A stretch of DNA of 64,000 nt. Source: Candidatus Nomurabacteria bacterium (GTDB lineage Bacteria > Patescibacteriota > Minisyncoccia > Phycocordibacterales > UBA9973). Shown here in pieces: positions 8,801 through 20,292 of this stretch. Below the pieces are notes generated by a model. That model was not told where the DNA came from. It did not search any database and worked only from the letters and a program-made list of their open reading frames with translations. A program made the translations under genes and the position numbers. The DNA lies in the NCBI GenBank assembly GCA_023267195.1, contig JAHFNT010000002.1:23830-87829 (forward strand), given 5' to 3'. Numbering within the stretch: position 1 is the stretch's first letter; every line of letters begins with the position of its first letter.

Positions 8801-10194
8801 ACGAACTGAAAGAAAAATGTGGAATCGTGGGCATATACGGGGCTTCGTTGCCTGTTTCTAGACTGGCGTTTTTCGCTTTGTTTGCGCTTCAACATAGAGG
8901 TCAAGAGGCCTCTGGCCTCACTACAAGCGACGGCAGAAAACTTCACACCCATAAAGGCGCCGGATTAGTGGCTCAAGTTTATAAAGAAAAAGATATAGAC
9001 AGTTTAAAAGGGTTTTTGGGTATAGGCCATAATAGATACTCGACCTCTGCCGGAGAAGCCCTAGACCATGCTCAGCCGGTGGTCAACGTGGAAAATTCTT
9101 TTGCGCTCGCCCACAACGGAAATCTGCCGAGTGTAAAAATGCTGGAGAAATTTCTTTCATCAAAAAAAATACCGACGAAGAACCACTCTGATTCTGAGCT
9201 TGTAACTGATGCTATTAGTTTTTATCTAAAAAATAATAATTCAATAATTGAGTCGGTGAAGAAAGTTTTCCCTCTGATTACCGGAGCTTTTTCTATGGTC
9301 ATGATGGATAAAAATAATTTAGTAGCGGTCCGAGATTCTTGCGGTATGCGCCCGCTATCGCTTGGCACTATAGGCAAGGGTTATGTTGTGGCTTCAGAAA
9401 CTTGCGCGCTCGATACAATCGGCGCATCTTTTGTGCGCGAAATAATCCCAGGAGAAATGATAATAATAAATAAAAATGGCTTAAAAAGCATAAAACTGGC
9501 AAAACCCAATCCCAAGCACGATATCTTTGAATACGTATATTTTGCCCGCCCAGATAGTATTTTTAATGGAAAATTAATTTATGAGGTAAGAAAAAACTTT
9601 GGCAAAACACTAGCACGAGAATGTTTGCTCAAAGTAGATATGATTGTACCTGTACCTGATACAGGCGTACCGGTGGCGCTCGGATACAGTGAAGTCTCAG
9701 GTATCCCTATGGAAATGGCCTTAGTGAAAAATCGCTACGTACATAGAACTTTTATTGAGCCTAGCCAAAAATCACGAGAACATAGCGTGGCTCTCAAGTT
9801 AATACCTTTAAAGTCAATACTAAAAGGTAAAACAATCGCCGTTATTGATGATTCAATAGTACGGGGAACAACCAGTAAAAGATTAGTTGAAACATTATTC
9901 AAGGCAGGCGCCAAGGAGGTTCATTTTTTAGTGTCCTCACCACCTGTGCGATATCCAGATTTTTACGGAATCGACACTCCGAAACAAAAAGAACTTATTG
10001 CTTCAAATAAAAATATTAAACAAATCAGAAAATTCCTAGGAGCCACCTCCCTCTATTTTCTATCACTCAAGGGTTTACTGGACTCAATCGGCCTACCCAA
10101 AGAACATCTATCCACTTCGCTTTTTACTGGTATTTACCCTATTGATCTAAAAGAAAGAAAACACGAAATAAATTATGATACCCCCAAAGAATAA
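8797..10194 (+). CDS. purF: Amidophosphoribosyltransferase
   Basis: The N-terminal nucleophile MNELKEKCGIVGIYG, the Ntn glutaminase domain and a C-terminal PRTase domain (VIDDSIVRGTT) are present. Confidence 0.9.
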   Translation: MNELKEKCGIVGIYGASLPVSRLAFFALFALQHRGQEASGLTTSDGRKLHTHKGAGLVAQVYKEKDIDSLKGFLGIGHNRYSTSAGEALDHAQPVVNVENSFALAHNGNLPSVKMLEKFLSSKKIPTKNHSDSELVTDAISFYLKNNNSIIESVKKVFPLITGAFSMVMMDKNNLVAVRDSCGMRPLSLGTIGKGYVVASETCALDTIGASFVREIIPGEMIIINKNGLKSIKLAKPNPKHDIFEYVYFARPDSIFNGKLIYEVRKNFGKTLARECLLKVDMIVPVPDTGVPVALGYSEVSGIPMEMALVKNRYVHRTFIEPSQKSREHSVALKLIPLKSILKGKTIAVIDDSIVRGTTSKRLVETLFKAGAKEVHFLVSSPPVRYPDFYGIDTPKQKELIASNKNIKQIRKFLGATSLYFLSLKGLLDSIGLPKEHLSTSLFTGIYPIDLKERKHEINYDTPKE

Positions 10195-10801
10195 AAAAAG
10201 GATAGCAGTTCTTATTTCAGATACGGGAACCGGTACTAACCTTCAGGCTATCATTGATGGAGTTGAAGCCGGTTCAATTCAGGCTGAAATTTGTGCGGTT
10301 GTTTCCGATACACCAGGGGCGCTCGGGTTAGAACGAGCGAGAAAACATAATTTAAAGATTGAAATCTGTGGAGCCAAAGAACTGCTATTACCGCTCTTGC
10401 AAAAACTAGATCCCAACTATATCTGCCTCGCAGGCTGGAAACAAATTATTTTACAAGAAGTAATCCTGGCTTTCCCCAATAGAATTTTAAACCTGCATCC
10501 AGGTTTAATTCCAGATGCAGTAGATACGTTAGCCAAAAACCCTGACGGAACAAGTGCGCTTTGGAATAAGGGGATGCTCACAACTAAAGCAATTCAGAAT
10601 TTCTTAGACCAAGAAAAAACTTTTGCTGGTTCTTCAATCCATTTTTTAACATCCCTATTTGATTTTGGTCCAGTTTTGGGTAGAACTTTTGAAAAGATTG
10701 AAGATTATGACAATGTTGAATCTTTATATTCACGGCTGAAGAAAAAAGAAAATAAATTATATGTGGAAGTTTTAGAGAAATTAATAAATGGCCAAAATTA
10801 A
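10175..10801 (+). CDS. purN: Phosphoribosylglycinamide formyltransferase
   Basis: KRIAVLISDTGTGTNLQAIID...LAGWKQIILQEV...LNLHPGLIP matches the GAR transformylase signature. The start overlaps the purF end by 20 nt. Confidence 0.85.
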   Translation: MIPPKNKKRIAVLISDTGTGTNLQAIIDGVEAGSIQAEICAVVSDTPGALGLERARKHNLKIEICGAKELLLPLLQKLDPNYICLAGWKQIILQEVILAFPNRILNLHPGLIPDAVDTLAKNPDGTSALWNKGMLTTKAIQNFLDQEKTFAGSSIHFLTSLFDFGPVLGRTFEKIEDYDNVESLYSRLKKKENKLYVEVLEKLINGQN

Positions 10802-12089
10802 TAAAATTTTAATAATAGGTAGCGGGGGTAGGGAACATGCGATTGGTTGGAGAATTGCACAATCAAAACGTGCGGGAAAAATTTTCTTTGCGCCCGGAAA
10901 TGGAGGCACAAAAAAAATCGGAACCAACGTAGAGATAAAAGCAACGGACATAAAAGGGATTTTAGAGTTTGCTCAAAGGGAAAGAATAGATTTAACTCTC
11001 GCCTTGCCGGATGATCCGCTCGCACTTGGCATTGTCGATCTTTTTGAGAAAAATGGCCTAAGGGTTTGGGGTCCGACAAAGGCAGCATCTAAACTTGAAT
11101 GGTCAAAAGCTTTTGCAAAAGATTTCATGCAGAGACACAACCTACCAACAGCCAAATTTGAGATATTTGATAATTTCGAAAAGGCAAAAAGTTATATTGA
11201 AACACAATCCTTTCCCATTGTCATAAAAGCAAGCGGGTTAGCACTTGGTAAAGGTGTAGTAATTTGTAAAAACAAAGAGGGAGCGAGCAAGACACTAGAA
11301 AATATTTTGGTAAAAAAGATCTTTGGCGATTCTGGTAATGAAGTTGTAATTGAAGAATTTTTAGTCGGCCCAGAAATTTCTATCCACGTATTCTCTGATG
11401 GGGAAAATTATAAAATGCTTCCCCCGTCACAAGACCACAAGAAAATAGGCGAGCAAGATACAGGCTTAAATACAGGCGGCATGGGTACCATAGCGCCTCT
11501 CCCATTTATGTCAGAAAAGTTGATGGTAGAAATTGAAAAGACTATTGTGGCACCAACGCTGGCGGCAATGCAGAAGGAAGGTAACCCTTTTGTTGGATTA
11601 TTGTACCCAGGCCTTATTCTTACTAAAAACGGCCCCAGGATCCTTGAATTCAACGTACGGTTTGGCGATCCAGAAACGCAGACATATATGCGCCTCTTGG
11701 AAACCGACATTTTAGACATTTTTGATGCTTGTATTGATAAAAAGTTGGACAAGCTTGAAATAAAGTGGAAAGATCTTTATGGTTGCACCATAGTGCTCGC
11801 ATCTGGTGGATATCCGGAAAATTACGAAAAGGGGAAAATTATTTCTGGGATAGAGGAGGCACAAAAAGATCCTGCGATCGTGGTCTTTCACGCTGGCACT
11901 AAAAGAGATGAGAAGGAAAATTTAATTACAAATGGCGGACGGGTACTGGGGGTAAGTGCAACTGGAGAAAGTTTACAACTAGCCTTAGTTAAGGCTTACG
12001 AAGCAGTGTTAAAGATATCTTTCTCGGGAATGCAATACAGAAAAGATATCGGGCAGTCTGCGTTAAAAATTTCTAATTATCCCAATTAA
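10788..12089 (+). CDS. purD: Phosphoribosylamine-glycine ligase
   Basis: KILIIGSGGREHAIGWRIAQS with an ATP-grasp core (VIKASGLALGKGV). The start overlaps the purN end. Confidence 0.9.
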   Translation: MAKINKILIIGSGGREHAIGWRIAQSKRAGKIFFAPGNGGTKKIGTNVEIKATDIKGILEFAQRERIDLTLALPDDPLALGIVDLFEKNGLRVWGPTKAASKLEWSKAFAKDFMQRHNLPTAKFEIFDNFEKAKSYIETQSFPIVIKASGLALGKGVVICKNKEGASKTLENILVKKIFGDSGNEVVIEEFLVGPEISIHVFSDGENYKMLPPSQDHKKIGEQDTGLNTGGMGTIAPLPFMSEKLMVEIEKTIVAPTLAAMQKEGNPFVGLLYPGLILTKNGPRILEFNVRFGDPETQTYMRLLETDILDIFDACIDKKLDKLEIKWKDLYGCTIVLASGGYPENYEKGKIISGIEEAQKDPAIVVFHAGTKRDEKENLITNGGRVLGVSATGESLQLALVKAYEAVLKISFSGMQYRKDIGQSALKISNYPN

Positions 12090-13401
12090 ACGAGTGTTCG
12101 CGATCAGGTCCCGTACCCACAGAAACAATACTTACATTTAGATTAGAAAGTTTCCTTTTTATATAGTTTAAATAGGTAGCAAGTTCCTGGGAAACTTTCT
12201 CTTTGTCGTTAATGCCGAAATTTGCATTTCCCCAGCCCGGCATTTCTTCAGTATTTACGCCCGTTACCTGATCTAGGTATAATGGGAATGTTTCTAAAAC
12301 TTTTCCCTTACTAACATATCCAATGACAACTTTTATTTTATCACTTAAGCAAATATCGGCTTTATTGATAAAAATTTTATTTGCTCCTGAAAGTTCTATG
12401 GCGTAACGTAACGCGAACAAGTCAAGCCAACCGCACATTCTGGGACGCCCAGTTGTCGCTCCGAACTCGTGGCCAGCATCCTGAAAAAGCTTTTCTAGAA
12501 CGACATCTTCCATTCTTGCGGGGAAGTTTCCACCACCAACTTTGGTTGTATAAGCCTTAATAACTCCATATACATTGCGGATTACAGTATGCGGCACACC
12601 AAGACCGAGGCAGACATTCGCTGGCAGAGTATTACTACTGGTCACATTGGGATAATCCCCAAAATCAATATCAAGCATCACTGCTTGCGCGCCTTCCGCT
12701 AAAATATTTTTACCTTCTTTAAGTTTTGCTTGAATTAGAAATGGCAAATCACAAATGTTTAATTTTTTTATTTCCTTTATTGAATTATCCCACTTTTCTT
12801 TCGCTTCTTTTATTTTTTCTAAATTGATTTCAAAGCCATACTTATTTCTGTACATCTCTAAAAGATTCAGGTGAAATTCTGTGAGATTCGCTATTTTTTC
12901 TTCAAAGTTAGGCAATAACACATCGCCAACTAGCAACCCACTCCTAGCGCGGGAATCACTATAAGCTGGACCAATACCTCTACTGGTAGTGCCTACTTTC
13001 GTGCCTAATTTACTTCTCTTGTGTTCATCGGCTTGATCTAAAAATGGGTGTAGATAGGAAACCAACTTTGCGCGATTAGAAATATAAAGACGAGAATTTA
13101 TTTCGAAACCTAAATTTTCAAGTTCTCTAATTTCTTTAATTAAAGAGACTGTGTCCACCACCACTTCGTTCCCTATGTATAGTTCTATATCTTTCTGCAG
13201 ACATCCTGAAGGAATAATATGGCCTATAAAAGTTTTACTGCCTTGTTTGATGGTATGTCCAGCATTTGCTCCACCCTGAAAACGCGCCACACCCGAATAG
13301 ACCCCATGAGAAAGAAGTTCGTCTATGTTTTTTCCCTTGCCTTCATCTCCCCACTGAAGACCTACAAGCACATCTACGAATCCTTCTTTTTGTTTATTCA
13401 T
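12073..13401 (-). CDS. purA: Adenylosuccinate synthetase
   Basis: The P-loop VLVGLQWGDEGKGKNIDELL and the GTTSRGIGPAY and GATTGRPRMCGWLD motifs are present. The gene converges with and overlaps the purD end. Confidence 0.9.
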   Translation of the reverse strand: MNKQKEGFVDVLVGLQWGDEGKGKNIDELLSHGVYSGVARFQGGANAGHTIKQGSKTFIGHIIPSGCLQKDIELYIGNEVVVDTVSLIKEIRELENLGFEINSRLYISNRAKLVSYLHPFLDQADEHKRSKLGTKVGTTSRGIGPAYSDSRARSGLLVGDVLLPNFEEKIANLTEFHLNLLEMYRNKYGFEINLEKIKEAKEKWDNSIKEIKKLNICDLPFLIQAKLKEGKNILAEGAQAVMLDIDFGDYPNVTSSNTLPANVCLGLGVPHTVIRNVYGVIKAYTTKVGGGNFPARMEDVVLEKLFQDAGHEFGATTGRPRMCGWLDLFALRYAIELSGANKIFINKADICLSDKIKVVIGYVSKGKVLETFPLYLDQVTGVNTEEMPGWGNANFGINDKEKVSQELATYLNYIKRKLSNLNVSIVSVGTGPDREHSFNWDN

Positions 13402-13423
13402 GATTTAATCAAAAAATTTTAAA

Positions 13424-14941
<1,518 letters not shown>

Positions 14942-14951
14942 CTAGCATATT

Positions 14952-16478
14952 ATGAAAGGGATACAAATTCTGGTCGTAGATTACGGATCACAATATACTC
15001 TTGTTATCGGCAGAACATTGAGAGAGCTTGGGGTGAGGAGTGTAATTCTCCCACCCAAAAAAGCTGACGTATGGCTAAAAGAAAACAATCCAAAAGCAGT
15101 CATCCTTTCGGGCAGTAACTGGAGTGTACACAATACTGGAGCACCAGGATTGCCAAAGTCGCTCGATCTAAACGGGGAAAAATATTTTATTCTTGGCGTT
15201 TGTTATGGCATGCAGCTTCTGGCACATAAGCTTGGAGGAAAAGTAGAACGCCCACTCCTCCATCGCGAATATGGTCCGGCAATTGTAAATTTAACCGCTA
15301 AACATCCTCTTTGGGTTGGGGTTCCCAAAAAAACAACAGTCTGGGCAAGTCATGGAGATACGGTAAGCAATCTACCGAAAGGTTTTACCCCCATTGCCAA
15401 GTCCGGCGGATTTGCTGCTATGACAAATAAAAATAATCGCATGCTCGGAGTACAATTTCATCCTGAAGTAGCCGACACAAAAGAAGGAAAGAAAATACTA
15501 CAAAATTTTCTTAATTTAGCAAATTGCCAGAAAGACTGGGATCCGGTAAATTTAATTCATCAAATTCAAAAAGAGGTTCTGGGTATTGTAAAAGGGAAAG
15601 AGAAGGTGATATTAGGAGTTTCTGGTGGGGTTGATTCTACGACACTCGCAGCTGTCCTCACGCCCATTTTAAAAGATAGATTAATTTGTGTTGCGATAGA
15701 CACAGGAGGATTAAGACAAGATGAGATGGCAGAGTTAAAAGCAAACACCAAAAGCGCTGGTATAAAAAATCTTAAAATAATCACGGCTTCGGATGAATTC
15801 AGGAAAAATATCGGGACAACAATTGATGGAGAAGAGAAAAGAGCGCAGTTCAGAAAAATTTATAAAAAAATATTTGCAGAACAAATAAAAAAATATAGAG
15901 CTGATTTTATTGCGCAGGGAACTTTAGCTACCGACATAATAGAAAGCGGCCAGGTGGGGAAGTCGGCGATGATCAAAACTCATCATAACGTTGGGCTGAA
16001 ATGGAAAGTGGAAGACTTGCATCCATTTAGAAATTTATTTAAATATGAAGTCCGCGAACTTGCCAGAGCGCTCAAGCTTCCAAGGGCAGTATACGAACGC
16101 AACCCTTTCCCGGGACCAGGATTATATCTACGAGTCGTGGGTACGCCTGTGTCCAAAGAAAATATCGAGTTGGTGCGAGAAGCCGACAAAGCTGTGAACG
16201 AAATTATAAAGAAACATAATCTAGAAAAAGAAATTTCTCAGCTCATCGTGGCACTTCTTGGAATTAATTCTGTCGGCGTAAAAGGGGATGAAAGAGTTTA
16301 TGGCCATTCTCTAGCTATTCGCGCCGTGCAAACTGTGGATTTCATGACCGCTAAAGGCTATTATTTTTCTGAGGAAATTGTAAATGAAATCACCAGCGCT
16401 CTAACAAAACACAAAGGCATCGTCAGAGTGTTCTTTGATATGACACCCAAGCCCCCCGCTACCACAGAGTTTGAGTAG
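14952..16478 (+). CDS. guaA: GMP synthase (glutamine-hydrolysing)
   Basis: GATase domain (ILVVDYGSQYTLVIGRTL; GVCYGMQLL), the ATP-PPase SGGVDS motif and a C-terminal dimerisation domain. Confidence 0.9.
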   Translation: MKGIQILVVDYGSQYTLVIGRTLRELGVRSVILPPKKADVWLKENNPKAVILSGSNWSVHNTGAPGLPKSLDLNGEKYFILGVCYGMQLLAHKLGGKVERPLLHREYGPAIVNLTAKHPLWVGVPKKTTVWASHGDTVSNLPKGFTPIAKSGGFAAMTNKNNRMLGVQFHPEVADTKEGKKILQNFLNLANCQKDWDPVNLIHQIQKEVLGIVKGKEKVILGVSGGVDSTTLAAVLTPILKDRLICVAIDTGGLRQDEMAELKANTKSAGIKNLKIITASDEFRKNIGTTIDGEEKRAQFRKIYKKIFAEQIKKYRADFIAQGTLATDIIESGQVGKSAMIKTHHNVGLKWKVEDLHPFRNLFKYEVRELARALKLPRAVYERNPFPGPGLYLRVVGTPVSKENIELVREADKAVNEIIKKHNLEKEISQLIVALLGINSVGVKGDERVYGHSLAIRAVQTVDFMTAKGYYFSEEIVNEITSALTKHKGIVRVFFDMTPKPPATTEFE

Positions 16479-16490
16479 TATAATAAATTT

Positions 16491-18251
16491 ATGGAAAGCG
16501 AAACGAGAAAATGTCAAAACTGCAAAAAAGATTTCACCATCGAATCTGAAGATTTTAACTTTTACGAAAAAATAAAAGTGCCCCTGCCGACCTTTTGCCC
16601 ACTTTGCCGCGTACAGAGACGAATGGCCTTTAGAAATGAGCGGAAACTTTTTCGTGTCAAAGATGCTTTCACGGGTTTAGATATTTTTTCAACTTATCCA
16701 AAAGAGAGTGGAAGGAAAATTATTACACGAGAAGCTTGGTTTGGAGATAGCTGGGACGCCATGGAATATGAAACTGAATATGATTTTTCTAAACCATTCA
16801 TAAAGCAATTGATTGAAATTGAAATGAAAGTACCGATGTATAATTTCAATGTTTTAAGAATGGTCAACAGCCCTTATGCTTTTAATGCAACGGGACTAAA
16901 AAATAGTTACCTTGTTGTTAATTCAAATTACTCGGAAGACTGCATGTACGGGAATGCCATCGATCGTTGCAAGGATTGCGTAGACAATTCGCATGTAAAT
17001 CATTCTGAACGATGCTATGAAAGTTTCTGGTTAGAAAAATGTTATAAATGCTACTTTAGCCAAAGGTCAATGGACTCCAGAAATTTATGGTTTTGTCGAG
17101 GGTGTGTAGGATGTAATGATTGTTTTGGGAGTGTAAATTTACGTAAGGCTTCCTATTGCATTTTTAATAAGCAATATACCAAAGAGGAATATAAAAGAGA
17201 AATAGAAAAAATGAAATTAGACACTGATTCTGGGATTAAGGAAGCTAGAAAAAAAGCTCGCGATTTTTGGTTTACTCAGCCCGTCAAATATCATCAAGGG
17301 CTTAGAAATTTGAATTGCTCGGGTTCTTATGTTACCGATTGTAAAAATGTAAATGATAGCTATCTAGTCAGAGAAAGTGAGAATATGCGCTATTGTCAGT
17401 ATTTGCAAGTGCCTAAAAATAAAGATAATTACGATGTCACCAACTGGGGAGAAAATATTGAGCTTTGCTATGAAACAATGGAGTGTGGAGAAAATTCCTA
17501 CAACAATAAATTTTCTCGTAATTGTTGGCCTGCGTGTAGGAACAATGAATACTGCGTGCATCTTTTTAGTTCATCTGACTGTTTCGGCTGTGTTGGACTC
17601 AAAAAAAGGCAATATTGCATTTTAAATAAACAGTATTCTAAAGAAGAATATTTTACGATGGTAGAAAAAATTAAAAAACACATGAACGAAATGCCTTATG
17701 TGGATTCTCAAGGTATTGTTTATAAGTATGGAGAATTTTTTCCCATAGAAATTTCTCCTTTTGGCTACAATAATTCTATCGCTATGCAACATTTTCCTAT
17801 CAAAAAAGAGGAAGCTGAAAACAAAAAATATGGTTGGATAGAAATTGAAAGAGGGGAATATGTGATAACAAAAAAGGCGTCAGAATTTCCAGATTCTATA
17901 AGCGACGTAAACGATGAAATTTTAAAGGAAGTCATTGAATGTGAAAATTGCAAAAAAGCATATCGTATATTGGAAAATGAATTGATCTTTTATCGCAAAG
18001 AGAAACTCCCAATTCCTAGAATGTGCCATGATTGCAGACATGAACGGAGAATTAGCGATCGACTTACATTGCATTTGTACAAAAGATCTTGCATGTGCTC
18101 TGGAATATCTGACGAAACTAACACTTATAAAAATACTGTAAAACATGTTCATGGCGACGAACCGTGTAGTGAAGAGTTCAAGACAGGATACGCACCCAAT
18201 CAATCAGAAATAGTATATTGTGAAAAATGTTATCAGCAAGAGGTTTATTAG
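16491..18251 (+). CDS. Cysteine-rich multi-zinc-ribbon protein, paralog P2
   Basis: CQNCKKDFTIESEDFNFYEKIKVPLPTFCPLCRVQRR; CNDCFGSVNLRKASYCIFNKQYTKEEY; SDCFGCVGLKKRQYCILNKQYSKEEY. The C-terminal ribbon copy is IECENCKKAYRILENELIFYRKEKLPIPRMCHDCRHERR. The protein ends ...IVYCEKCYQQEVY. Confidence 0.8.
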   Translation: MESETRKCQNCKKDFTIESEDFNFYEKIKVPLPTFCPLCRVQRRMAFRNERKLFRVKDAFTGLDIFSTYPKESGRKIITREAWFGDSWDAMEYETEYDFSKPFIKQLIEIEMKVPMYNFNVLRMVNSPYAFNATGLKNSYLVVNSNYSEDCMYGNAIDRCKDCVDNSHVNHSERCYESFWLEKCYKCYFSQRSMDSRNLWFCRGCVGCNDCFGSVNLRKASYCIFNKQYTKEEYKREIEKMKLDTDSGIKEARKKARDFWFTQPVKYHQGLRNLNCSGSYVTDCKNVNDSYLVRESENMRYCQYLQVPKNKDNYDVTNWGENIELCYETMECGENSYNNKFSRNCWPACRNNEYCVHLFSSSDCFGCVGLKKRQYCILNKQYSKEEYFTMVEKIKKHMNEMPYVDSQGIVYKYGEFFPIEISPFGYNNSIAMQHFPIKKEEAENKKYGWIEIERGEYVITKKASEFPDSISDVNDEILKEVIECENCKKAYRILENELIFYRKEKLPIPRMCHDCRHERRISDRLTLHLYKRSCMCSGISDETNTYKNTVKHVHGDEPCSEEFKTGYAPNQSEIVYCEKCYQQEVY

Positions 18252-18265
18252 AAAAAAATATAAAC

Positions 18266-19753
18266 ATGCAAAAGAAAATTAATTCGGCCTTAATTTCAGT
18301 TTTTAATAAAGATGGATTAGAGGAAATTGTAAAACTTCTTCAGAAGTACGGCGTAAAAATAATTTCCACCGGCGGTACGGCAGAATTTATTCGCAAGCTG
18401 AATGTTCCAGTTACTGAAGTGGAGACTATGACCGGTTTTCCTTCAGTGTTTGGTGGTAGAGTAAAAACATTGCAACCGCAAATTTTTGGCGGTATTCTAA
18501 ATCGCCGAGATAATGCCGAAGATCAAAAAGAAAAGAAAGAACACAAGATTGAAGACATTGATCTGGTGATAGTAGACCTTTATCCTTTCGAAGAAACACT
18601 GGGAGCTGGTGGAAATGAAGAAGAAATTATCGAGAAAATTGATATCGGTGGAATTTCTCTAATCCGTGCCGCAGCGAAAAACTTTAACGATGTGGTAGTC
18701 GTTCCATCAAAGAAACAATACCGAGACCTTATAGATATATTAAAAAAGAGAAATGAAACTACGATAGAAGAACGTAAGAAATTTGCAGGTCAGGCATTTG
18801 AAATAACAAGTAAATACGACACTGCTATTCGCGGATATTTCGAGGGCATACATCTTCGCTATGGGGAAAATCCACACCAAAAAGCTCAGTTTATAGGCAA
18901 TCTAGAGGAAAGTTTTACTCAACTGCACGGCAAAGAACTTTCTTATAACAATCTCATAGATACGGAGGCGGCAATAGCAGTCGTAAATGATTTTGAAAAA
19001 CCAGCTTTCGCGATCATCAAGCACATGAATGCGTGCGGACTAGCCACGAAGGAAGAGGGGAATCTGCTCGAGGCATATAAGGCAGCTTACAATGCTGATC
19101 CACTTTCGGCTTTCGGCGGAATTCTTGCGGCCAACAGAATTATAGAAGAAGATATAGCGAAACTTATTAGAGAACAGAAACTTTTTGTGGAAGTTATTAT
19201 TGCTCCGGATTTTTCTAAAGAAGCTCTCATTATCTTGATGGAGAAAAAAGATTGCCGAATTCTTAAGTGGCACAACTCAGCTCTTCCTGTTAAACAAATG
19301 CGCACCTGTCTCACTGGGATACTTGAGCAAGATCGAGATACGCAAGTAGAAAAAGTTAGTAATTTAAAAACGGTTACCGAGCGCGAACCAACAAAAGAAG
19401 AAGTAAATGATTTACTGATGGCTTCTATCGCCACCAAACATTTGAAATCAAATTCTGTAGCCTTGGTAAAAAATGGCGCACTTATTTCTATGGGTTGCGG
19501 GCAAACCTCGCGTATTGATGCCCTCAAGCAAGCGATTGAAAAAGCAAAAAAATTTGGTTTTGATTTGCGCGGTACGGTTTTGTCTTCGGAAGCATTTTTC
19601 CCATTTCCGGACTGCATAGAACTCGCCGGAGAAAATGGGGTTAGTGCTGTGATCCATCCAGGGGGTTCAAAGAACGATCAAGCTTCCATTGACGTGGCGA
19701 ATAAATTTAATATGGCGATGGTAACAACCGGCTTTAGGCATTTTAAGCATTAA
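18266..19753 (+). CDS. purH: Bifunctional AICAR transformylase / IMP cyclohydrolase
   Basis: MGS-like N-terminus ALISVFNKDGLEEIVKLLQKYGVKIISTGGTAEF followed by an AICARFT domain. The start is taken at MQKKINSAL, since the longer ORF beginning at 18227 overlaps P2. Confidence 0.9.
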   Translation: MQKKINSALISVFNKDGLEEIVKLLQKYGVKIISTGGTAEFIRKLNVPVTEVETMTGFPSVFGGRVKTLQPQIFGGILNRRDNAEDQKEKKEHKIEDIDLVIVDLYPFEETLGAGGNEEEIIEKIDIGGISLIRAAAKNFNDVVVVPSKKQYRDLIDILKKRNETTIEERKKFAGQAFEITSKYDTAIRGYFEGIHLRYGENPHQKAQFIGNLEESFTQLHGKELSYNNLIDTEAAIAVVNDFEKPAFAIIKHMNACGLATKEEGNLLEAYKAAYNADPLSAFGGILAANRIIEEDIAKLIREQKLFVEVIIAPDFSKEALIILMEKKDCRILKWHNSALPVKQMRTCLTGILEQDRDTQVEKVSNLKTVTEREPTKEEVNDLLMASIATKHLKSNSVALVKNGALISMGCGQTSRIDALKQAIEKAKKFGFDLRGTVLSSEAFFPFPDCIELAGENGVSAVIHPGGSKNDQASIDVANKFNMAMVTTGFRHFKH

Positions 19754-19770
19754 TATGCTAAAATAAAAAT

Positions 19771-20289
19771 ATGAAGAAATCGGACGTGGGCATAATAATG
19801 GGCTCAGATTCAGATTTGGAAATAATGGCTGAAGCGGCAAAAATTCTGGAAGAATTCGGCGTAACTTATGATATTACTGTAGCTTCCGCGCACCGAAGCC
19901 CTGATTTAGTTCATAAATATGCAACTAGCGCCAAAGAAGATCACGGATTTAAAGTAATAATTGCAGGTGCAGGCGGCGCGGCCCATTTAGCGGGAGTGGT
20001 AGCGTCTTTGGTTACAATACCTGTCATTGGAGTGCCAGTGAAAGCAAAAAGTTTAGATGGGCTTGATTCACTTTTTTCTACGGTAAATATGCCTCCGGGA
20101 GTGCCTGTGGCAACAGTAGGCATAAATGCCGCAAAAAACGCTGGCATACTCGCGGTCCAAATTTTAGCTCTATTTGATAAAGATTTAGAAAATAAATTAT
20201 TCGCTTATAAACAAAAGATGAGTGACGAGGTAAAACTAAAAGGAGAAAGATTGTCAGAAATTGGGTTTAAAAAATATTTGGAAAAATAG
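19771..20289 (+). CDS. purE: N5-carboxyaminoimidazole ribonucleotide mutase / AIR carboxylase catalytic subunit
   Basis: VGIIMGSDSDLEIM...IIAGAGGAAHLAGVVAS matches the PurE signature. Confidence 0.9.
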   Translation: MKKSDVGIIMGSDSDLEIMAEAAKILEEFGVTYDITVASAHRSPDLVHKYATSAKEDHGFKVIIAGAGGAAHLAGVVASLVTIPVIGVPVKAKSLDGLDSLFSTVNMPPGVPVATVGINAAKNAGILAVQILALFDKDLENKLFAYKQKMSDEVKLKGERLSEIGFKKYLEK

Positions 20290-20292
20290 AAA

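Noticed and set aside
19087-19617. Many 60-176 aa ORFs embedded antisense or out of frame inside long conserved genes (e.g. 320-556, 19087-19617, 26282-26776, 38961-39431, 52876-53271)
   Set aside because: They are wholly contained within confidently identified genes on the other strand or frame. They have Ser/Pro/Phe-rich, composition-driven translations and lack SD sequences. Treated as spurious.
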